Assembly: GCA_964362665.1 (NCBI GenBank)
Contig: CAYIFB010000002.1
Location: forward strand, 14,404 to 78,403
From: an uncultured Gammaproteobacteria bacterium
GTDB lineage: Bacteria; Patescibacteriota; Microgenomatia; 2-02-FULL-39-11
DNA length: 64,000 nucleotides
Direction of reading: 5' to 3'
The translations under genes and the position numbers were made by a program. Every line of letters starts with the position of its first letter. The stretch's first letter is position 1. The notes under the pieces were generated by a model. The model was not told the origin of the DNA and did no database searches. It saw only the letters and a program-made list of their open reading frames with translations. Positions 37,938-46,021 of this stretch are shown in pieces.

Positions 37938-37982
37938 AAGACAAAAAGAAGGAAAGACCCCGCAGAAATTTCTTTTCATTAT

Positions 37983-39503
37983 ATGAAATACATTGCGTAC
38001 TGTAGAAGATCGACTGATGAGAAAGATAGGCAAGTTCTGTCTATAGAGGCGCAAATTGCAGAAATTAAAGAATACGCAAAGCGGGAGCAGGTAGATATCG
38101 CTGAATTCATCACCGAGTCTAGAACCGCCAAGGAGCCGGGCCGTCCATTATTTGCCGATCTTATAGGTAAAATTGAACGGGGACTGGCCTCTGGCATTAT
38201 CGCATGGCATCCTGATAGACTTGCCCGTAATTCTATAGACGGCGGCCGGATTATTTACCTTATCGACATCGGCAAGCTCGGCGGGCTCAAATTTCCGACG
38301 TTTTGGTTTGAAAATACGCCGCAGGGAAAATTCATGCTCTCAATCGCCTTCGGCCAGTCCAAATATTACGTCGATAACCTCTCGGAAAATGTGAAGCGCG
38401 GCATCCGGCAGAAGCTGAGAAACGGCGTGTGGCCGCATAATGCACCGCTTGGCTATCTCAACGATCTTAAAGTGCATTCCATTCTCGTTGATCCAAAGAC
38501 CGCGCCGCTCGTGCAGAAATCATTTAAACGATTTGCGTCGCGCACTGTTTCATTTACTGATATTGCGCGCATGTTTGCTGATAGCGGAATTCGTAGGAAA
38601 AGCGGCCGCATTATTCATATCAACACAGTGCGCAACATGCTCGCCAACAGATTTTATATCGGGCAAATGATTCATCTTGGCGAATATTACGATGGTACGC
38701 ATGAACAGATTATTGATCGAAATTTATTTTATAAGGTACAGACGGAGCTAATGCGTATTGAGCGTCCGCATTTCAAGGGACATCATTTTCCGTTTGTGGG
38801 ACTTGCGCGGTGCGGAGAGTGCGGCGGGGCAATTACCGGAGAAATCCATACAAAATATTATCGCACCACCCGAGGAAAAGTTACATACACATATTACCGA
38901 TGTACGAAGAAATTTGGTCCGTGTTTTAGTAGGTATCTTACCGATTCCGAATTTGAGAAACAGATTCGAGTATTGGTTGCTTCGGTTGGATTGCCGCAGG
39001 AGTGGGAGAGTGAGTGGCGGCAGAAATTTACTATGGATTCGGAATCGGAAAAGATTGGGGCAGAGAAACGGCGGCAAGTTTTGGAATTAAAATTAGCGGA
39101 TATAAATGGAAAGCTCGATCTGTTGCTCGATGGACTTCTTGATCAGACGATTGATCAGGGTGCATATCGGAAAAAGAAAAATACGCTTTCAGAAAATAAG
39201 CGTCAAACGGATGAAGAAAAGAAAGATATTTTGTCGGGGAAAAATAAACGGCTCGAACTCATGAAGGAATTTATAGACAGCGCCTTTCAGGCGCATAAAA
39301 TCGCGCGCGCAGACAATGCCTGCGAAGATTTGGCAATCTTCGCCAAACGCATCGGCTCGAACTTCTTTTTGAAAGACCGGCGGCTCTCGGCCGTTTTCCG
39401 CGAGCCCTTCCAAACACTCTGCGCGACCCCACCCGCGCAGAGCCAACCATCCGGCGGAGCCTCGAATTCTCTTTCTGCAGGTCCGCAGCGATTCGAACGC
39501 TGA
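37983..39503 (+). CDS. large serine recombinase (resolvase, recombinase and zinc-ribbon domains)
   Basis: YCRRST catalytic Ser, QVLSIEAQ, DRLARN, APLGY, ARCGECG...YYRC; the last codons are read antisense through tRNA-Trp. Confidence 0.93.
   Translation: MKYIAYCRRSTDEKDRQVLSIEAQIAEIKEYAKREQVDIAEFITESRTAKEPGRPLFADLIGKIERGLASGIIAWHPDRLARNSIDGGRIIYLIDIGKLGGLKFPTFWFENTPQGKFMLSIAFGQSKYYVDNLSENVKRGIRQKLRNGVWPHNAPLGYLNDLKVHSILVDPKTAPLVQKSFKRFASRTVSFTDIARMFADSGIRRKSGRIIHINTVRNMLANRFYIGQMIHLGEYYDGTHEQIIDRNLFYKVQTELMRIERPHFKGHHFPFVGLARCGECGGAITGEIHTKYYRTTRGKVTYTYYRCTKKFGPCFSRYLTDSEFEKQIRVLVASVGLPQEWESEWRQKFTMDSESEKIGAEKRRQVLELKLADINGKLDLLLDGLLDQTIDQGAYRKKKNTLSENKRQTDEEKKDILSGKNKRLELMKEFIDSAFQAHKIARADNACEDLAIFAKRIGSNFFLKDRRLSAVFREPFQTLCATPPAQSQPSGGASNSLSAGPQRFER
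39378..39480. repeat. att arm B (103 bp), perfect inverted repeat of 37835-37937
   Basis: Base-by-base reverse-complement identity. Confidence 0.95.
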
Positions 39504-39548
39504 ATAAGGGTTTTGGAGACCCTTGTGATACCATTTCACTACGGACCT
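39478..39548 (-). tRNA. trnW: tRNA-Trp (CCA)
   Basis: AGGTCCG/CGGACCT acceptor stem, AAGGGT-CTCCAAA-ACCCTT anticodon arm, CAGCG-TTCGAAT-CGCTG T arm; CCA end not encoded. Confidence 0.96.
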
Positions 39549-39612
39549 ATTTTTAGTTTTCCCAGAATGGATTATTAATCAGCCTCATGAGTATTATAAC
39601 AAATTTTTGCGC

Positions 39613-40197
39613 TTACTGGATGAATTTAAAGGAAGAGATGGCGTTCTGGAATGTGGTGCCGTAGCCTGCGATAATCACTTCTTCATCTCGCGAGGGATGT
39701 TTGACTATTACCTCATCGCGGGGGGAATTATCGCTATTTGTATCATGATAAAGCGTTGCCGGCTGGCCATCGACGATAATTGATTCAATTTTTTCCGCCT
39801 TCACAGGAGGGATGGGAATTTTTTCTGAGCAGGCGACAGCGATTGATATTTTATCATCATCGGGATTGGTAAAAATAATGGATTTTTCGTTTGTAGACTG
39901 TTGCCGGATGAAGTTTCCCGGATAGGAAAAGGAAACGCCGCAGGTTTTATCGGTAAAGGTGATTTTGGAGGAGGAAACAGGAGTTAAAGCTGCACTGATG
40001 GTTGATATGACCGTCGGAGAGAGAAATAAAGTTGGAGTTGGTATTTTTGATGGGGTAATTATAGAAGTCGGAGAAAGATTTGTTGATATTTTCGACTGGG
40101 TGATGCCGATTTTTTTGCCTAAATTTACTCCGACCAAAAAGACTGCGACGATACTCAGGAAAAAAATGAGAAAGATGGTGCCTTTGGCCATTTTCAA
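39613..40197 (-). CDS. membrane-anchored hypothetical protein (PsbP-like C-terminus possible)
   Basis: N-terminal TM segment, S/T/P linker, GVSFSYP...ISSFKF. Confidence 0.7.
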   Translation of the reverse strand: MKMAKGTIFLIFFLSIVAVFLVGVNLGKKIGITQSKISTNLSPTSIITPSKIPTPTLFLSPTVISTISAALTPVSSSKITFTDKTCGVSFSYPGNFIRQQSTNEKSIIFTNPDDDKISIAVACSEKIPIPPVKAEKIESIIVDGQPATLYHDTNSDNSPRDEVIVKHPSRDEEVIIAGYGTTFQNAISSFKFIQ

Positions 40198-40208
40198 ATA
40201 ACAGTAAT

Positions 40209-40382
40209 TTAGTCTAACTTATCCGATTCCTTGTGTTGTGTAGCTTTGCGGCAGCGCCGGCAATATTTATGCAATTCCAGCTTGTCTTTGACGTTCAGCT
40301 TATTTTTGGTCGTGACGTAATTCTGGCTTTTGCAGTCTTTACAAACTAAAGCGATAATGATTCTTTGTTCTTTTTTGGCCAT
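40209..40382 (-). CDS. rpmG: 50S ribosomal protein L33 (zinc-binding form; absent from the ORF track)
   Basis: [57 protein letters not shown]. Confidence 0.95.
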   Translation of the reverse strand: MAKKEQRIIIALVCKDCKSQNYVTTKNKLNVKDKLELHKYCRRCRKATQHKESDKLD

Positions 40383-40427
40383 ACTTCGATTCTCTCAGTA
40401 CAAGTACTTCGATTCCCTCAGTACAAG
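40382..40427. repeat. 2 x 23-bp tandem hairpin repeat abutting the rpmG start
   Basis: TACTTCGATT(C)(T/C)CTCAGTACAAG twice, one mismatch. Confidence 0.85.
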
Positions 40428-40577
40428 TGTAGAGATTATATAAAATTATATAGTAAGTAGCAAGTATGAAGAATCGAGTATCAACTCCGGAGGACTGATG
40501 CGAGGGTATTGACAAACAGTTTTATTTTGTTTAGTCTTAATATATTGGTGGAAATTTAATCAGAATATAGCCTTAAA

Positions 40578-41297
40578 ATGAAAAAAGTTCTGCGTAAAAT
40601 AAGTTTTGCCGTACTTATCAATCTGACTCTGATGTTGGTTGTAGTTACAGGTCAGGCGAAGGCTGAGCCTTACGGATGGAGTCCTCAAACAGATTTTTCC
40701 AATCAGGGTCCGCCTCAATGTACAGATGCCAAGCCGGATAAGGCACCAATCCTTCTTCAGCCGAACCATCCTAAACTGCCAAAGAAAGCAACGAAAGCAG
40801 GAGAGGTTGTTTTATATTGGCATAAAGTTCCCGGAGCAACAGGTTATAATATCTATTACGGTTTGTCCCCGAAAAATTATATTTACACAGCTCCCGATAT
40901 TGGCGATACCGATAATTTCACTATAGGTTATCTGGCCAATAAAAACTACTATTTTGCCGTTCAGGCGAAAAAAGGCTGTGCGGCCTCGTCTATATCAAAT
41001 GAATGGATAGGCCGTCCCGGAAAAGGCGGGTATTATACTGCCGTCGCCAAGTATACTCCTATTAAAAAAACAACCGCTCCATATGTTCCAACCTCAGCAG
41101 GAACGACAGTAGTCATACCTACAACCGCTCCTCAGGTGCAGGGAATAAGCACGGAGAAACAGCCAACAACAGTAAAAAACAACTATCAAGCACCGAAGAA
41201 TACTGTATACCAACCACAACCGACTGCCGTTGTTCCAACCCAGGCACCAAAACCAAAAGGTCTATGGCAGCAATTTCTAGGTATCTTCGGTCTCTAA
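40578..41297 (+). CDS. secreted fibronectin type III domain protein
   Basis: Signal peptide; VVLYWHKVPGATGYNIYYG...NYYFAVQA...SNE. Confidence 0.8.
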   Translation: MKKVLRKISFAVLINLTLMLVVVTGQAKAEPYGWSPQTDFSNQGPPQCTDAKPDKAPILLQPNHPKLPKKATKAGEVVLYWHKVPGATGYNIYYGLSPKNYIYTAPDIGDTDNFTIGYLANKNYYFAVQAKKGCAASSISNEWIGRPGKGGYYTAVAKYTPIKKTTAPYVPTSAGTTVVIPTTAPQVQGISTEKQPTTVKNNYQAPKNTVYQPQPTAVVPTQAPKPKGLWQQFLGIFGL

Positions 41298-41376
41298 AGA
41301 AAAAGCAATTAAACTAGTGCTCCAAAAGTTCACCTTCCTTATTTTCTGATGGCAGTTTATAATATTAATTATTCAT

Positions 41377-42681
41377 ATGGGTATGTTCAGACGTATCGTT
41401 AATAGCCAGATGACGCGTGGAAGCGTCATTATTTTTATCGGAACAAATATCGGAAATTTTATCAATTTGCTTTTCAATTTTTCGATGGGAAGATTACTCG
41501 GTCCGGTAAAATATGGCGAATTAGGTGCGCTGTTTTCTTCCTCAATTCTCATAGGAGTATTGCTTAGTATTCTCAGTCTTTTTACCGTAAAGGCGGTTTC
41601 TTCGTACTGGGGTAAAAAGGATCTTGGTAAAATACGCGCTTTTCATACGTTTCTGACGCCCAGACTTTTTTTATTGAGTTTTTTAATTTGCATATTATTA
41701 TTGATTATTACTCCCAAGATGAGCGGATTTCTGTATCTAGACAGTTTCACTCCTTTTATTTTAGTAGCGTTATCATTTATTTTAAGCGGACCCGCCACCT
41801 TCAATAAAGGAATACTTCAGGGAGTACTTGCTTTTTCATACGTCACCGTAAACGGAGTAGTTGAGGTAGTGCTGAAACTGATAATATCGGTTATCCTGGT
41901 GATTTTAAATTTTGGATTAATTGCTCCGGTATTAGGAGCGCTGCTTGGAGGGATGGTAGGCTATATATTAACTGTGGTGGAGTTGAAGATCATTTTCAGG
42001 GATGTGGTATATAAAAAAAACAGCCTTGTTTCATGGGATTTGCTGAAATCTTTTTTTCCGGTGACTTTAGCCAGTCTGACTTTGGCGGTATTTTTAAATA
42101 TTGATATTATTTTAGTACGGCATTTTTTTTCGGGAAGTATTGCCGGCGAGTATGTAGCTCTTTCTACAATCAGCAAAATTATTTTTTACGGAATTGGACC
42201 GGTTATTTCAGTGATGTTTCCCCTGATTTCGACTAGGTCAAGCAACGGCCTGCCTTACCTTATTCCGCTTTTAGGTACTTTGGTGATATCGCTCGGGCTT
42301 TCTGCGGTCATTATGTTTATTTTCTTTCTCTTCCCGAAGCTGGTTATCGGCCTTCTTTTTGGCGGTAGTTACCTCAGTATCACTGCGTATTTAGGTCTTT
42401 TTTCCTTTTTTATCACCATCTTCAGTCTTAATTCTATTCTGACTTACTTTCTTTTATCCGTCTCGTATTACCGGCCAATCTACCCGCTTTTTCTCATTTC
42501 CCTGTTGCAAGGGGTTTTTATTTTCATATTTCATGATAATATATGGCAGGTGATTTGGGTAAATATCGCAGTCAGCATTCTCTATTTTATGGTAATTTCT
42601 TTTTTTGTGTTGAAAAAAGAAGGAAGTTTTATTAATAAGTTTATATTTAATAAATTATCCGGTCATATTTATGCAGAATAA
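41377..42681 (+). CDS. Wzx-type oligosaccharide flippase
   Basis: About 12 TM segments; RLLGPVKYG, NIDIILVRHF..AGEY; first gene of the glycan locus. Confidence 0.88.
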   Translation: MGMFRRIVNSQMTRGSVIIFIGTNIGNFINLLFNFSMGRLLGPVKYGELGALFSSSILIGVLLSILSLFTVKAVSSYWGKKDLGKIRAFHTFLTPRLFLLSFLICILLLIITPKMSGFLYLDSFTPFILVALSFILSGPATFNKGILQGVLAFSYVTVNGVVEVVLKLIISVILVILNFGLIAPVLGALLGGMVGYILTVVELKIIFRDVVYKKNSLVSWDLLKSFFPVTLASLTLAVFLNIDIILVRHFFSGSIAGEYVALSTISKIIFYGIGPVISVMFPLISTRSSNGLPYLIPLLGTLVISLGLSAVIMFIFFLFPKLVIGLLFGGSYLSITAYLGLFSFFITIFSLNSILTYFLLSVSYYRPIYPLFLISLLQGVFIFIFHDNIWQVIWVNIAVSILYFMVISFFVLKKEGSFINKFIFNKLSGHIYAE

Positions 42682-43453
42682 AACCCCGCCGCATAAACTT
42701 TCGGTCATTATCCCTGCTTATAAACAATCGAAGACCATCGTCAGAGATGTCAGACGGATTGAGAAGATACTTTCTCAAATCCGTTATCCTTATGAAATTA
42801 TTGTCGTAGTTGACGGGTATGGTGACGGTACTTATAGATCAGCTAAACAAATCAAATCTCAAAAAGTTAAAGTGATGGTTTACATGAAAAATCAAGGTAA
42901 AGGCCACGCCGTAAGACTTGGTATGTCGATGGCCACCGGAGATTATATTGCTTTTATTGATGCCGGGATGGAGATAGACCCAAACGGCATTTCCATGCTC
43001 CTCGAGCATATGGAGTGGTATAACGCGGATATTATTGTGGGTTCCAAGAGGCACCCTGCATCTGTAGTAAATTATCCATTGCAGAGGAAAATATTAAGCG
43101 TGGGGTATCAATATATAGTCTGGTTCTTGTTTCATCTGAGCGTTCGTGATACTCAGGCCGGAATAAAAATATTTAAAAGTAAAGTCCTAATTAAAATTCT
43201 GCCAAGACTTTTGGTCAAGCAATATGCGTTTGATCTGGAAATGCTGGCTGTAGCGACAAGATTGGGATTTAAAAGAATATACGAAGCTCCTATAAAATTG
43301 GGCTATAATTTCGGCGATCTGACTCATGCTGCAACCATCAATACCATCCGGCATATCCTGGTGGATACGCTGGCTATTTTTTACCGGACATACATTCTTC
43401 ATTATTATGATAATAAGGGAGGGTGGAGGAAGAGAATCAGTGAAATCCATTAA
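42671..43453 (+). CDS. glycosyltransferase family 2 (DPM-synthase-like)
   Basis: LSVIIPAY, VVDG..DGT, NQGKG, FIDAG, DTQAGIK. Confidence 0.9.
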   Translation: MQNKTPPHKLSVIIPAYKQSKTIVRDVRRIEKILSQIRYPYEIIVVVDGYGDGTYRSAKQIKSQKVKVMVYMKNQGKGHAVRLGMSMATGDYIAFIDAGMEIDPNGISMLLEHMEWYNADIIVGSKRHPASVVNYPLQRKILSVGYQYIVWFLFHLSVRDTQAGIKIFKSKVLIKILPRLLVKQYAFDLEMLAVATRLGFKRIYEAPIKLGYNFGDLTHAATINTIRHILVDTLAIFYRTYILHYYDNKGGWRKRISEIH

Positions 43454-44375
43454 ATTTTCTATAATTATTCCTTTCAAAAAACCCACTGTCTATCTTTACG
43501 AGTGCCTGACAAAAATAGGAAAACAATCATACCGGAATTTTGAGGTTATTCTTCTGCCGGACAAAAAAGAAAAATTCACTTACTCCAAATCGAGAGTTAT
43601 TCCTACCGGTCAAATCGGTCCTGCAGAAAAAAGAGATATAGGCGCCAAAAAATCAACAGGTGACATTCTGGCTTTTATCGATGATGATGCGTATCCGGAG
43701 AAAGACTGGTTAAAGAATATGGTGAAAAACTTCGCAGTTGCAGAAATAGCAGCAGTTGGTGGTCCAGGAGTTACTCCTGCTGATGTATCGTGGCAGGAAC
43801 AGGCATCGGGCTGGTTTGCGGCTTCTCCCTTTGGCGGGGGATCTTATTCCTATCGATTTTTGCCGGCTGTCAAGCGGTTTATTGACGATTATCCTTCAAT
43901 GAATCTGGCCGTCCGAAAATCTGATTTTTTGAAAGTTGGCGGTTTCGATTCCGGTTATTGGCCTGGAGAGGATACCAAACTTTGTCTGGATTTGACTTAT
44001 AAGTTGGGGAAGAAAATTATCTATGACCCGGACGTATTGGTTTATCATCACCGTCGGGAACTATGGGGTTCACACCTGCGGCAAAACGGAAATTATGGTC
44101 TGCACCGTGGCTATTTTGCTAAAGTATTACCCAAAACTTCCTTCCGACTGGTGTATTTTCTACCCTCATTTCTTGTACTTGGGCTGTTCCTCTTCCCAAA
44201 AGTTGTCGTGCCGGCATATGGTTTACTTTTAGTGATCAATGCATTTTGGATAGCAGCTAAATCCCGGAGTTTATTTCAAGGCTTGATTTCCATGCCGGTC
44301 GTCTTTCTGACGCACTTTTGGTACGGAGTACGATTTATACAGGGGTTTTTATTTACCAGGCGCCTCACTCATTAA
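43440..44375 (+). CDS. glycosyltransferase family 2
   Basis: FSIIIP, AFIDDDA, GGFD..WPGED; GTG start at 43440. Confidence 0.88.
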   Translation: MKSIKFSIIIPFKKPTVYLYECLTKIGKQSYRNFEVILLPDKKEKFTYSKSRVIPTGQIGPAEKRDIGAKKSTGDILAFIDDDAYPEKDWLKNMVKNFAVAEIAAVGGPGVTPADVSWQEQASGWFAASPFGGGSYSYRFLPAVKRFIDDYPSMNLAVRKSDFLKVGGFDSGYWPGEDTKLCLDLTYKLGKKIIYDPDVLVYHHRRELWGSHLRQNGNYGLHRGYFAKVLPKTSFRLVYFLPSFLVLGLFLFPKVVVPAYGLLLVINAFWIAAKSRSLFQGLISMPVVFLTHFWYGVRFIQGFLFTRRLTH

Positions 44376-45877
44376 TTATTTTCACTATGCACCGTGAGGT
44401 TATACATGTGATTGCGGACTCTTCTGATTGCTCTCCAGCCATAGGTAAACAAAAATTGCCAGTCGCGCTTGCGGAAATTAAAAAGAAATAGAATTTGCCT
44501 TAAAATAAATTTAGGGTGATAAGCAATGCTGTACATTTTTTTCACCGCTTCATAATAACGATCGTGGGGAATGGGAGTTTTTACGATAATCTTACTCATA
44601 TCGTGGTCGTCATAATTTTTCGTCAGTAATACCTTTTTACTTATACATTCGAGATGATATGGCGTAAAATCAAGCGGGGTACAGAGTGTCACTTGAAGCG
44701 TCCGGGCAAGGCCTTTAAACATCAGTTTCTCCACAAACTTTACCGTTTTATCAAGCATCTCCTGAGTTTCCCAATAATAGCCGACCATGATAGTCAGATG
44801 CGGGTGAAGCCCGTATTTTGTCAGCCAGCGAAGGGTAGGCTCGATATACTGATTTTGGTATCCTTTATTCAGCCTTCTCAATGTTTCATCACTGGCCGAT
44901 TCCAGACCGATGAGGACAAAACGGAAATTGGCTTTGGCCAGAAGTTTTATAGTTTCTTCATCGAGATATTCAAATCTGGTATTAAAACCAAAATAACAAT
45001 TCCTTTTGTGAAGTCCGCGGTCGATAATCCCTTGGGCAAACGCTCTGGCATCCGAGCCCCGGTACCACACTCCCGAATCATCAAAAATTTCCCTGACACC
45101 ATATTTATTGATGAGCATTTCGTATTCATCCAGACTTTTTTTCACGGACATCTTGGAGAATGTAAATTCCGGTCCGTTATACCTGCAAAAGGTACATTTG
45201 CCAAACATGCAGTCCCTGATGACGCTTGTGGCGTAAGTGCCGGGAGTCTGCAAATAATTTCCGTTTTCATAGGCATAATTTTTCCAGCTCACGAGATCCC
45301 TGTCTACCAAGGGCGATTTTTCCAGAGGCTGTACCTGCCGGAAGGCCCCGGTATCCCGTATTTTATTTTTGTTTACCCTGATAGTGAAGCCTTCGATGGT
45401 GCAAGTATTTCTCCAATCAGGATTTTTCTCAATAAAGGGAATAAGGCTGACAAGCGCAAAATCAACGTGGTTGCTTTTTAAAACGACGTCTGTGGCGGAT
45501 TTTTCTAAAGTTTCCTGCGGCCGTTTCATGGAGTGATACCCTGTCATGATAAAAATTGTTTTAGGCAGTTTTTTTCGAAGATCATTTGTCGTTTTCCAGT
45601 AAAATTTCATGACCGGGGTGGTACTTTCAAATACAACAACATCGGGTTGCCACTCCACAAGTTCTTGAAACCATTGCTCTAAACTTTTCAGTTGAGAGTT
45701 CCCGTCATCCCACCTGACATCATGACCCATGTCTCTCAGCCACGTGGCCGCCTGTGCTTCGATAACCGGCAGTAAGTAGGTAGGAGTTTTGAAAAACTGC
45801 ACGTTGCGGTTCTGGGACACCATGGCTTTTTGTCCCCGTTTATTGATGATTGGAGGATAAGAAATGGCTATTTTCAT
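44372..45877 (-). CDS. B12-binding radical SAM protein
   Basis: N-terminal B12-binding-like domain (MTGYH), CMFGKCTFC, EIFDD, IGLESAS. Confidence 0.88.
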   Translation of the reverse strand: MKIAISYPPIINKRGQKAMVSQNRNVQFFKTPTYLLPVIEAQAATWLRDMGHDVRWDDGNSQLKSLEQWFQELVEWQPDVVVFESTTPVMKFYWKTTNDLRKKLPKTIFIMTGYHSMKRPQETLEKSATDVVLKSNHVDFALVSLIPFIEKNPDWRNTCTIEGFTIRVNKNKIRDTGAFRQVQPLEKSPLVDRDLVSWKNYAYENGNYLQTPGTYATSVIRDCMFGKCTFCRYNGPEFTFSKMSVKKSLDEYEMLINKYGVREIFDDSGVWYRGSDARAFAQGIIDRGLHKRNCYFGFNTRFEYLDEETIKLLAKANFRFVLIGLESASDETLRRLNKGYQNQYIEPTLRWLTKYGLHPHLTIMVGYYWETQEMLDKTVKFVEKLMFKGLARTLQVTLCTPLDFTPYHLECISKKVLLTKNYDDHDMSKIIVKTPIPHDRYYEAVKKMYSIAYHPKFILRQILFLFNFRKRDWQFLFTYGWRAIRRVRNHMYNLTVHSENN

Positions 45878-46021
45878 AAAATAATTGCTAATGATTTGCT
45901 CGCATATAAATTTTTCAGACTCTGCAACTCGTGCTCGGTAAACCCCTTATCTTCTGTCCATTTACATTGGTATTCTCGCACTCAAATGCAGAGATCTTCA
46001 AAATTTATATTACTGCGCAAG

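Larger units (their letters stand above)
32091..39480. mobile_element. 7.4-kb integrative element at the 3' end of tRNA-Trp (large serine recombinase plus R-M cargo)
   Basis: Both ends share the core CTGCA (minus strand). Joining the ends reconstitutes the recombinase 3' end and exactly matches the internal 206-bp sequence at 37732-37937. Confidence 0.88.

Noticed and set aside
37722-37982. 87-aa N-terminal extension of the recombinase in the ORF track
   Set aside because: It is translation of the GC-rich inverted attP copy; the resolvase domain begins at MKYIAYCRRS (37983).
32091-39480. Prophage or conjugative element
   Set aside because: No structural, terminase, relaxase or T4SS genes; only a recombinase and defence/regulatory cargo.
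40382-40427. 23-bp (and 22-bp at 54801) direct repeats as a CRISPR array
   Set aside because: Only two abutting copies, no spacers and no cas genes.
44654-45481. 275-aa plus-strand ORF
   Set aside because: Antisense shadow of the radical SAM gene with no motifs.
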